17,966 nucleotides of DNA from an uncultured archaeon. Lineage in GTDB: Archaea; Asgardarchaeota; Thorarchaeia; Thorarchaeales; Thorarchaeaceae. Every line of letters starts with the position of its first letter. The stretch's first letter is position 1. The position numbers and the translations under genes are program-made. Positions 1 through 7,726 of this stretch are shown here, in pieces. The stretch covers positions 1 to 17,966 of the forward strand of contig CAZPWM010000020.1 in the NCBI GenBank assembly GCA_964590575.1, in the 5' to 3' direction. The notes under the pieces were generated by a model. It did not search any database and was not told the origin of the DNA. It saw nothing but the letters and a program-made list of their open reading frames with translations.

Positions 1-1
1 T

Positions 2-709
2 TATGTAAAGTACGGGCTGATTGGTGTTGCTGCTTTAGGTCCAATAATGATTCTCGCAATTGTGGGATTAATGGCATTCACGATTTCTCCGACCAATCCA
101 ACAGAGTTTCTAGTTGTCATGGAACTAATGAACCCATCAATAGCTCCAATGTTGGGGATTGTAGCAATCATCCCTGCGTCATTAATTGCTGCAAATGCAT
201 TCGTGGGCGAACGTGAGCAAAATACACTTGAACCACTTCTCTGCACACCTCTAACGGATAGAGAACTACTGATTGGAAAGATTCTAAGTTCATTCATTCC
301 AAGCATAGCACTCCTGCTGGGCTCAATCCTGGCGTCCGAGGTTGGAACTGTTGTTCTTCTAATATTAGCTGGGCATGTCCCCATGTTGTTTCCGGATATT
401 GCAGGATTGTTCCTTCTCCTGACCGCAGCACCACTTATGATTCTAGCAATGAATTCTATTATGATTCTCATTTCTGGAAGAGTGAGTCGAGTCTACGAAG
501 CTTATCAGACATCAGGTGCAACAGTTATGATCTTCATTATCCCCATGATTCTGCCATATTTGTCCTTGGGCTCTGGCGGAACAATTGATCCGAGTTCAAT
601 TTGGTTCTCTAATATCATAACCGTTGTGATATCATTAGGCTTATTCTTAGTTACCTGGGCTTTAGCTTTTGGTAGATTCAATAGAGATAAGATGGTCTCT
701 CTTGTTTAA
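2..709 (+). CDS. ABC-2 type transporter permease subunit (5'-truncated)
   Basis: Frame is open from base 2 (YVKYGLIGVAALGPIM...), so the true start lies outside the window. About 6 hydrophobic segments and the ABC-2 permease motif GEREQNTLEPLLCTPLTDRELLIGK. Confidence 0.88.
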   Translation, partial: YVKYGLIGVAALGPIMILAIVGLMAFTISPTNPTEFLVVMELMNPSIAPMLGIVAIIPASLIAANAFVGEREQNTLEPLLCTPLTDRELLIGKILSSFIPSIALLLGSILASEVGTVVLLILAGHVPMLFPDIAGLFLLLTAAPLMILAMNSIMILISGRVSRVYEAYQTSGATVMIFIIPMILPYLSLGSGGTIDPSSIWFSNIITVVISLGLFLVTWALAFGRFNRDKMVSLV

Positions 710-752
710 CCGGATGAGAGGGTTAATCGCCCTCTTCTTCCTTCTCTTTCTC
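706..752 (+). terminator. Putative terminator between convergent genes
   Basis: 6-bp inverted repeat TTAACC(706-711)/GGTTAA(721-726) followed by a pyrimidine tract (cctcttcttccttctcttttct), between the permease stop and the gamma-CA stop. Confidence 0.35.
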
Positions 753-755
753 TGA

Positions 756-1283
756 CTAATCCTTGAGTTTTGTCAGACCAACAGGATATCTCCTAGCGAG
801 ATCTCGATAGATTGCTTTGAACCGCGTTAATTCTTCCTTGTGATGTTCTTGGACATCTCCAATAATCTTAGCTGGCACACCCACCGCAATCTTTCCATCA
901 GGGACTTCGAATCTCGCTCTGACCACCGCCCCTTCTCCTACGATTGCCCACTCTCCAACTACGGAATAGTCTGATATTATTGCACCCATTCCTACTACTG
1001 CTTCATTCTTCACAGTAGCGTTGTGAATAATGCATCCATGACCAAGAGTAACGTTGTCACCAATCACGGTCAGTTCATCAGGTCGAGCATGGATGATGAC
1101 ATTATCCTGCACACTGGTGCCGCTGCCAATCCGGATTTCGCCATAGTCTCCCTTCACTACGGCATTCGGAGCAACATAGCAATGTTCACCAATTGTGACT
1201 TTTCCAATTACTGAAGCTGAGTGACTGACATATGATGTTTCGCCAATAACCGGTATCCTATTTTCGAACTCGTAAACAACCAT
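756..1283 (-). CDS. Gamma carbonic anhydrase family protein (YrdA/CaiE/PaaY-like left-handed beta-helix)
   Basis: Hexapeptide repeats (VIGKVTIGEHCYV, IRIGSGTSVQDNVIIH, VIGDNVTLGHGCIIH), three metal-ligand His (H65, H82, H87), QDN motif, GVPAK turn and a C-terminal helix. Confidence 0.92.
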   Translation of the reverse strand: MVVYEFENRIPVIGETSYVSHSASVIGKVTIGEHCYVAPNAVVKGDYGEIRIGSGTSVQDNVIIHARPDELTVIGDNVTLGHGCIIHNATVKNEAVVGMGAIISDYSVVGEWAIVGEGAVVRARFEVPDGKIAVGVPAKIIGDVQEHHKEELTRFKAIYRDLARRYPVGLTKLKD

Positions 1284-1409
1284 AGAAGCACCATTGTATC
1301 TGCTGTATGTATCCGTTATTAGGTTAAAGGTGACAGAAATTCCAACCTGACGTCTCCGAAACGTTAAAGTTCTGGCTCACCTAACGTTCTGCTGATTGTC
1401 TGTGATTAG

Positions 1410-1811
1410 ATGAGTGTGCGAACAGTGAATGAAAAAAAAGATACACCCACCTTTCCTATTCTGCGAGGTGAATCAGTGAGTGAAGCAGGGGAGTTCTCTG
1501 GCAGAGTCATGATTATCTATAAACCAGAAGATCTTGAAAGAGTGTGGGACGCAGATTCAATTCCTGTTCTTCATGCTGACTTGGAGTCGTTCTTTATCAA
1601 GCATCCCGATTCCTTGAACCGTCTTTTTGAAGAGGTTACTGCGGTTCTGGCAGAATTTGGCGAGTCGATCAGTCAGTTTGCCACCATTGCTACCGAATAT
1701 AACGCAATTGCAATAGTCAAGGTGAATGATGCAACAAACGTTCTTGAGAATGACATGCGCATCCGAATTGAAGCAACCGAAAATCAGGGTGATGTATTTT
1801 TCATTGACTAA
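1410..1811 (+). CDS. Stand-alone PEP-utilising enzyme mobile (phosphohistidine swivelling) domain protein, catalytic His replaced
   Basis: LRGESVSEAGEFSGRVMII matches the LxGxxxSxGxxxGxVxVI start of the family. AVLAEFGESISQFATIATEYNAIAIVKVNDATNVLENDMRIRIEA aligns with AIVTxxGGxTSHAAIVAREYGIPAVVGxxxATxxLxxGxxVxVDG. BRE/TATA-like gaaacgttaaag at about 1358-1369. Confidence 0.75.
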   Translation: MSVRTVNEKKDTPTFPILRGESVSEAGEFSGRVMIIYKPEDLERVWDADSIPVLHADLESFFIKHPDSLNRLFEEVTAVLAEFGESISQFATIATEYNAIAIVKVNDATNVLENDMRIRIEATENQGDVFFID

Positions 1812-1895
1812 GTGTGGCTAATAACCCCTCATGAGTCGCGCTAAACATCAATGCTTTAAACCAGCTCCATGGTGAAGAAACTAGGAGACGAGATT

Positions 1896-2921
1896 ATGAC
1901 TAAACTTGAGGAGGTTTCTTCGAAGCGACTTGTTATTATTGACAGCTTCGATGCGAGAATGAACCACGTACTCATGTTCGCATTTACTCTCCTTATTGGT
2001 TCTGTCTACACCTCATTTCTCTTGCTGGTATGTTCCACAATCCCTGTAGTTGCATCGGCACTCCTTCTTTTTGGGTCCCAAATTGCTATGGGGGTTCCCG
2101 CTACCAGAGCCTATTATGATCTAGGCGTGTCAAACCGAGAGAATCTCCATTTTATTGACCCCGCGAAATTCAATAGCAATGGTCAACACCATGAGGTAGA
2201 AATCTCTCTTGGAGAGATTCCTTTGATTTTCGAAAAGATAGACCTTCAGATTCAAAAATATGATAAAGGAAGCCTTGATGATCTGAGCGACCTCATATGG
2301 TTTGGGATTTTTGTCTGGGCTACCATCTCTTCAGCCTCCTTCTACCTTGGTATTAGTGGCTATCCCGTTTGTCTTGTGGGCGCAGTAGTACTAATCACTG
2401 CATGTTTTGGAAGCTATCTGAGTGGCTATTGGACTCAACGAAACTACAGTTTCGGAGATGACCTAAGCCATCTACAGTATTATGTTGAGAAACGACTTCG
2501 AGAGATTGACACACGACTCCCCGACAATGAAGCTCGATTCTTTGTCCAACTATTAGAGCGTTGGCATGTTCTGGTCCTAGTTGATTTCAGTTTACAGCTA
2601 CAACTTGGAAATGAGGCAACGTTGGAATACCACATGGGGTTTCCCTCGAATGAAACAGAACGTATTTTGCTTCAGGGTGAAGCTGATATTCTGATGAAAT
2701 TAATAGATGACCTATCGAAAATCTCTTCAATTGTTGATACTGGATGGAAAACTGAATATCACGACTCTATTGTAGTGGTCATCAATGAATCATCAGATTT
2801 CTCTGTAAACAAGCGATCTACTTTTGTTACTAGTCCAACGAATATCGACAACACCTCTCATGCTACCTCTGACATTTTTTCGAAGATTCTTTCTCTTTCA
2901 ACATGGGGTCGTTTATCTTAG
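1896..2921 (+). CDS. Hypothetical integral membrane protein (two TM hairpins plus a soluble C-terminal domain)
   Basis: Four hydrophobic segments (VLMFAFTLLIGSVYTSFLLLV, IPVVASALLLFGSQIAMGV, LIWFGIFVWATISSASFYLGI, PVCLVGAVVLITACFGSYL). ATG 1896 is preferred over 1869 because of the TATA-like tttaaa at about 1855-1860 and a GGAG RBS at 1884-1887. Confidence 0.7.
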   Translation: MTKLEEVSSKRLVIIDSFDARMNHVLMFAFTLLIGSVYTSFLLLVCSTIPVVASALLLFGSQIAMGVPATRAYYDLGVSNRENLHFIDPAKFNSNGQHHEVEISLGEIPLIFEKIDLQIQKYDKGSLDDLSDLIWFGIFVWATISSASFYLGISGYPVCLVGAVVLITACFGSYLSGYWTQRNYSFGDDLSHLQYYVEKRLREIDTRLPDNEARFFVQLLERWHVLVLVDFSLQLQLGNEATLEYHMGFPSNETERILLQGEADILMKLIDDLSKISSIVDTGWKTEYHDSIVVVINESSDFSVNKRSTFVTSPTNIDNTSHATSDIFSKILSLSTWGRLS

Positions 2922-3072
2922 CAGGATACGATATCCATAAGTGGCTCTATGATACAACGAGTTTAGAACCGCAGTCGCATAGGCTTTGATGGCGAAATCC
3001 CTGGGGATGACTATATAGTTGAAAGTCAAGCTCAAAATCGAAAAACAGTGGCTTGAATTAGAACGAAATAGT

Positions 3073-4344
3073 ATGTCCAAAATGCTACGTGATTACGAAC
3101 AATGGGAACGTCAGACTCTCAAAAAGGCACAAGAGGCAATGGACCTCAGAAGTCTTCGAAAGGTTTTCTACGAATTAGGTGATAGATGGGAGTTTGACCA
3201 AGCAACAGGTGCATGGTTATCAGAAGGTGAACCACTTGATATGGTTGGCCTCATTTTGAAAATGCCCGGCTTTGAGTCAACAAAGGAAAGGTATGTGCTG
3301 TATGCTGTAATGGCTTACTCAAAAGGACTCACTCAAAAATTCGATCATCTCGGCGATAAAGAAAGAATCATTGTTGAACATGACAAAAAAACTGGTAGCT
3401 TATCTGCTTGGTCAACAACAGGACACGGAGCGATGGATCTTTTCCCAACTGACTTATCATCTTTCAACTCAATAGAGAATGCACTCCAATCATGTTTCTT
3501 GATTGCTCAACCGGGAGATCATGCACTCAGGATAGAGTGCCCCAAAGCATCTGGTCTGTTTGACTTTCTGACAAAGCATCTATGGGATATCGCAGGCGGC
3601 ATTTCCTCTTTTGATATGAAATCTATAGATGTGCTAACTTCTAATGATATTGAAGAATACCTTGACTTCAAATTCAATAGATATGCTAAGTCTGTCATTG
3701 AATTAGATCGAATTTGGAGGAACCTGAGTGGCGGGGCTGTAGAAAAGGCAAAGGAAAAAGTTCTGGACAAGATACCTGATCACATTGAAGAGAGAAACAG
3801 AAAGACACTACGGAAAATTGAGGGGCTCCTTCATATTCTATGGTTCCGCCCCCCAGCAGAACAGTTACCTGCAATTGAAATAATGCATAATGAACTATCA
3901 CATGAACCAACGCCCACAGATGTACAGAAGAAACTTGTTCCCTACATAGTTGAGCTTGGTTATTCATTGACCGATATTCTAGAGAAGGCAAAGTATCTCA
4001 AATGGAAGAGTGTTGTTGAAAAGAAGGATTTCAGTAGTAGTGATGTTTTCAAAAAGCTTGACCTTACACAACTAGCCAAGGAGGCCTTAGTAGTTGCGCT
4101 AGAAGACATCCTGTGCGAGCATACTCTTGCATATATTGGTTATCCAGAACAGGCAACCATGAAGAACAAGGTGCTTCGAGTTCTTCTCAATTCTATTATA
4201 CTTCCAATACGACTTGGGTCCTCATTCAGAACGAATCTATTTAGATGGATAAGTAGAATTATCCCCAAAAAAGAAAAACCCAAAACCGATGAGCCTACTG
4301 TAACAGATGCTGACACTCCAAAAAAAGAGGAAACTGACTCTTGA
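3073..4344 (+). CDS. Hypothetical protein with an NPP1/Vps62-like motif set
   Basis: Long ORF; ATG 3073 is the likely start and TTG 3019 is possible. YVLYAVMAYSKG...DHLGDKERIIVE...AWSTTGHG...IAQPGDHAL resembles the NPP1 pattern (YAIMYAWYFPKD..GHRHDWE..VVW..SxHG..NHAL) and the Vps62 pattern (NHxGDWE..SxHxxG..GxHA). The family call is by eye only. Confidence 0.6.
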   Translation: MSKMLRDYEQWERQTLKKAQEAMDLRSLRKVFYELGDRWEFDQATGAWLSEGEPLDMVGLILKMPGFESTKERYVLYAVMAYSKGLTQKFDHLGDKERIIVEHDKKTGSLSAWSTTGHGAMDLFPTDLSSFNSIENALQSCFLIAQPGDHALRIECPKASGLFDFLTKHLWDIAGGISSFDMKSIDVLTSNDIEEYLDFKFNRYAKSVIELDRIWRNLSGGAVEKAKEKVLDKIPDHIEERNRKTLRKIEGLLHILWFRPPAEQLPAIEIMHNELSHEPTPTDVQKKLVPYIVELGYSLTDILEKAKYLKWKSVVEKKDFSSSDVFKKLDLTQLAKEALVVALEDILCEHTLAYIGYPEQATMKNKVLRVLLNSIILPIRLGSSFRTNLFRWISRIIPKKEKPKTDEPTVTDADTPKKEETDS

Positions 4345-4349
4345 TTCCT

Positions 4350-5087
4350 TCATGATTGAACTTTTAAGAACGCATGGAGTAAATCTGAAATTTCACCAAT
4401 AATAAGAGTTCCTTCTGGTGCTTTCTTCGCCTCTTCACTGTCCGCCCATGTTGTGAGTATAGGCAACATTCCTGCTCGTTGAGCTGCGACTATATCTGCA
4501 TCTACAGAATTGCCAACAAACGCACATCGAATCGGGTTCACACCGATCTCATGTGCTGCGATAATTAGTGTGTACGGAAATGGTTTAGCGTAACCAGGAA
4601 CTGCTGTCCATTTGACTGTGGATAGGAACTCAAGAATTTCCCAATCTCTCAGAAGATTGGTTGGATCATCTGGACGTCGAGTGCAGATTCCAAGTTGATA
4701 TCCTCTCCTAATTAATTCGAAGAATGTAGATTTTACATCTGGTTTGAGCGATTCCCATGTTTTCAGCAGTTCCTTCCATTCCATTTCAATGGAAACCAAA
4801 AACTCGTCTGAGAGACCTTCAAATCCTAGAGATTCAAACATAATTCTGTTCGCTTCAATCCAATGTTCTGCTTCATTTCCGAAATGGATGTCCACGTCTT
4901 GTTCAATCTGATAATGTTTAAACCAGTCATCAAAACTATCAATTGCGACACTGAGTTCCTTATCCGAGAATCTTGTCAAATCAATTCCTACTGAATGAGC
5001 CACCTTCCGTGTAAGAGCGATAAAACCTTCATCAACATCTGTTATTGTCTTGTGCATATCAAAGAAAATAGCTTTGATTTTTTCCAA
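4350..5087 (-). CDS. HAD-superfamily hydrolase (C1 cap type) with atypical motifs I and IV
   Basis: Motif I KAIFFDMHKTI, motif II GICTR, motif III AKP, motif IV FVGNSVDADIVAAQRAGM. TTG 5087 is preferred as start: GAGG RBS upstream and TATA tttatata at 5123-5130 on the minus strand. Confidence 0.88.
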   Translation of the reverse strand: MEKIKAIFFDMHKTITDVDEGFIALTRKVAHSVGIDLTRFSDKELSVAIDSFDDWFKHYQIEQDVDIHFGNEAEHWIEANRIMFESLGFEGLSDEFLVSIEMEWKELLKTWESLKPDVKSTFFELIRRGYQLGICTRRPDDPTNLLRDWEILEFLSTVKWTAVPGYAKPFPYTLIIAAHEIGVNPIRCAFVGNSVDADIVAAQRAGMLPILTTWADSEEAKKAPEGTLIIGEISDLLHAFLKVQS

Positions 5088-5120
5088 TCCCCAAACCTCT
5101 GAGATTTTGGTGTTGTGTCT

Positions 5121-5130
5121 AATATATAAA
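5121..5130 (-). promoter_or_regulatory. Archaeal TATA box for the HAD gene
   Basis: Minus strand reads TTTATATATT, about 35-40 nt upstream of TTG 5087. Confidence 0.5.
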
Positions 5131-5250
5131 ACGTAGGAGTCGGGGTACAATTGCCCCCTTGATTTTAGCATATCTATTTGTCACTAACGAATCTTGCGAC
5201 ATACTCAATAAGGCATTGAGATAGTCCGAGTTTCAAGGGTGCATCATTTC

Positions 5251-6441
5251 ATGACAAGGATTGGAATCATCGGTAATGGAGTCGCAGCTACTACTGCAGT
5301 TCGTGAGATTAGAAGTAAGGACCAGAGCGTAGAGATAGATGTCTGGACGGATGAGCGACACGGATATTATCCTCGCCCAAACCTGATAGATCTGGTCGCA
5401 AACAAGCGAACTATCAAAGAAACTATTCACTATGACCTCGATTGGTACGAGAAAAACGATGTTGACCTTTTTCTCTCAAGCCCCGTTTTCCAAATTGATA
5501 CTGAGAAAAAGAGAATCATCTCTACATCAGAAGATTATGGTGACTATGATTCCCTTCTCATTGCGGTAGGATGCCGCCCCTTCATTCCTCCCTTTGAGGG
5601 TCTCGACAAGAATAACGTTCACGTCATCAGAACGTTGGATGATGCCCTTGATATCCATGAAGCTGTGAAAGGAGCTGGTCGTGAAATCGTAATAGGAGGA
5701 GGAATTCTCGGAATTGAATTGGCTGCAGCAATGAAGGAGATCGGTGGTGACCCTATTGTGGTAGATTATGAAAAGCGTCTCCTTCCAATCCAATTGGACG
5801 ACCAAGGTAGCAAAGTTTTGACCAAACAAATAGAACGAAAGGGAATCCAAGCTCTCTTCGGTTATGAGTGTAAAGGCATAACCGGCGACGACGATGCTAC
5901 TGGTATTGTGTCAAAACAAGGCGATGAGATCAAAGGAGACCTCGTTGTTATTGCCACTGGAGTCAGATCAAATACCATCATCGCAAAGAACTCGGGGATT
6001 GATTTCCACCATGGGATTACAGTAGATGACCATATGCAGACTTCGGCTCCAGGGATATTCGCTGCAGGAGATTGCATGGAGTGGAATGGAATGTGGTATG
6101 GCATAATCCCTTGGGCTACCGCATCATCAAGAATAGCGGCGCAAAATATGCTTGAGTTTGGGAGTTCGAAGTTTAAAGGTATCACTCCTTCCAATCAATT
6201 ACAAGTAGCTGGTATAGACCTGACAAGTATTGGTATTGTCCATCCAGAATCTGCAGAATATGAGAGTGTTGTGTCAGTGAATATGGAAGAAGGCAAATAC
6301 TTCAAAGTAGTCTTGAAGGATCATATACCCGTTGGAGGAATTGCTCTAGGAAGTCGTAAGGTGGCAATGGCGTTAAGAAGTGCTATCATGAAAGGTGAAC
6401 CTGTTTCGAATATCGAGGAAACACTTTTTGAAACAGTTTAA
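5251..6441 (+). CDS. FAD-dependent NAD(P)H oxidoreductase (NirB N-terminal / rubredoxin-NAD reductase-like)
   Basis: FAD Rossmann IGIIGNGVAA, YYPRPNL motif, NAD Rossmann VIGGGILGIELA, VDDHMQTSAPGIFAAGDC, and a C-terminal LQVAGIDLTSIG dimerisation domain. No CxxxxC and no CGLP-type redox Cys. Confidence 0.9.
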   Translation: MTRIGIIGNGVAATTAVREIRSKDQSVEIDVWTDERHGYYPRPNLIDLVANKRTIKETIHYDLDWYEKNDVDLFLSSPVFQIDTEKKRIISTSEDYGDYDSLLIAVGCRPFIPPFEGLDKNNVHVIRTLDDALDIHEAVKGAGREIVIGGGILGIELAAAMKEIGGDPIVVDYEKRLLPIQLDDQGSKVLTKQIERKGIQALFGYECKGITGDDDATGIVSKQGDEIKGDLVVIATGVRSNTIIAKNSGIDFHHGITVDDHMQTSAPGIFAAGDCMEWNGMWYGIIPWATASSRIAAQNMLEFGSSKFKGITPSNQLQVAGIDLTSIGIVHPESAEYESVVSVNMEEGKYFKVVLKDHIPVGGIALGSRKVAMALRSAIMKGEPVSNIEETLFETV

Positions 6442-7724
6442 TCCAGCTCGACCTTAGGTTGTCTACCCTTACCCTGGGGTATCAATGATATCACATGGTC
6501 GGTCGAGCCCTTCAGCTCCTCCATATGAGTTACCACCAGCACCTGCTTGACAACATCGAGTTTTGCGATGGCCTCAGGTAACCACATTCTACGCTGTGCA
6601 TCTAGACCTGCACCGGGCTCGTCAAGTATTATCAGTCCAGGTGGAGGACCAGTGATCGAGTGCTTTTGAAGGGCTGTATTCACAGCAACACGCAATGCAA
6701 AGTTCACGCATACATCTTCTCCCCCTGAAGCAGACATGAGTGAAACTCTATTCCCTTGTAAATCATAGAGGACAATCTCATAGTCATCGTCGATTACCAA
6801 GTCACTGTAGCGGTCTCCAAAAATTTCACGGAAGATCAATCTCGCCTCATTCCTGATATGGGGTCTCAATTGGTTCTCTGCTATATCCGGAATTGTATCG
6901 AGTAGCACCTTGAGATGCTTGGCAATTTCAGTTTCTTCTTTCAGCTCCTCTGGTTTAGCAGACAATTCGGGAGATGCAAGTTGTTCTTCGACTGCATGTA
7001 CTGATTCGCTGACCTTCTGTATGACTTCTCGAACCTGCTTCATTGGTTGCTTCTCAATAATAGACTTCTCAAGGGTGTCCAATGCCTTCAATGCAGCATC
7101 AATTTCTTTCTTTTCTGGAAGATGCCTTTGAACTTCTTTCAATCGTTTAATTGATTCCGAGATGCTCGTAGCATCCTTGTCCATCTGTCTGATTTCTTTC
7201 TGGACCTTTGAACTCTGCTTGTCGTAGACACCAAGACCCATCATTGAGTAAAGGTCAGCTCTCCTGCTTTTGGGAGCAAGTCTTGACAGTCTGTCTATCT
7301 CTCCCTGTCGAACATAAGTTAAGGCTGAAAATGCGTGGCGGTCCAATCCAATTAGCTCTACAATCTTATTATCAACTCGTGTGACTCCAGTATCCTCAGG
7401 GTCTTTTTTTCCGACCAAGAATAATTCGGCATTCGTTTCCCCTGGATGGATTGTTCTCTTCACCATGTAGTTGCGGCGATTTATCGGAGCAACGAACTCG
7501 AGTTCGACAACAGCACGCTTTCCTTTGTGATGTATGAGATCCTCTACCTGAGGCACTTTCTTCTCCTTTCGAGTGACCATTCTGAATAGACCAAATTCAA
7601 TGGCCTCAAGGATTGATGTCTTCCCTGCCCCATTTGGTCCCACGATAGCGGTAGAACCATCTTCTAGAAAAAACTCCTGGTTTTTGTAGACCTTGAAATT
7701 TTGAAGAGCAATCCGTCTAATCAC
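6438..7724 (-). CDS. rad50: Rad50/SbcC-like SMC-family ABC ATPase with very short coiled coil and no zinc hook
   Basis: LQNFKVY strand, Walker A GPNGAGKTS, Q-loop YVRQGE, signature SASGGE, Walker B/D-loop LIILDEPGAGLD, H-switch VVTH. GTG start with GGAGG RBS, 2 nt after the mre11 stop. Only 428 aa. Confidence 0.88.
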   Translation of the reverse strand: MIRRIALQNFKVYKNQEFFLEDGSTAIVGPNGAGKTSILEAIEFGLFRMVTRKEKKVPQVEDLIHHKGKRAVVELEFVAPINRRNYMVKRTIHPGETNAELFLVGKKDPEDTGVTRVDNKIVELIGLDRHAFSALTYVRQGEIDRLSRLAPKSRRADLYSMMGLGVYDKQSSKVQKEIRQMDKDATSISESIKRLKEVQRHLPEKKEIDAALKALDTLEKSIIEKQPMKQVREVIQKVSESVHAVEEQLASPELSAKPEELKEETEIAKHLKVLLDTIPDIAENQLRPHIRNEARLIFREIFGDRYSDLVIDDDYEIVLYDLQGNRVSLMSASGGEDVCVNFALRVAVNTALQKHSITGPPPGLIILDEPGAGLDAQRRMWLPEAIAKLDVVKQVLVVTHMEELKGSTDHVISLIPQGKGRQPKVELD

Positions 7725-7726
7725 TA

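Noticed and set aside
1787-1830. GGTGATG...GCTAATAACCCCT resembling a fluoride riboswitch
   Set aside because: The 5' stem and pseudoknot pairing are missing, and the 5' half lies within a CDS.
2985-3056. Short inverted repeats (TGACT/AGTCA, TCAAGC/GCTTGA) upstream of the NPP1/Vps62-like gene
   Set aside because: Stems of 5-6 bp with long loops are expected by chance, and there is no complete C/D-box or SECIS motif.
5251-6441. Calling the oxidoreductase nirB, NADH oxidase or CoA-disulfide reductase
   Set aside because: It lacks the BFD and siroheme domains of NirB and the active-site Cys of Nox/CoADR, so no gene symbol was assigned.
6438-6441. Overlapping stop codons (TTAA) of the convergent oxidoreductase and rad50 genes
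   Set aside because: A common feature of compact archaeal genomes; it implies no functional link.
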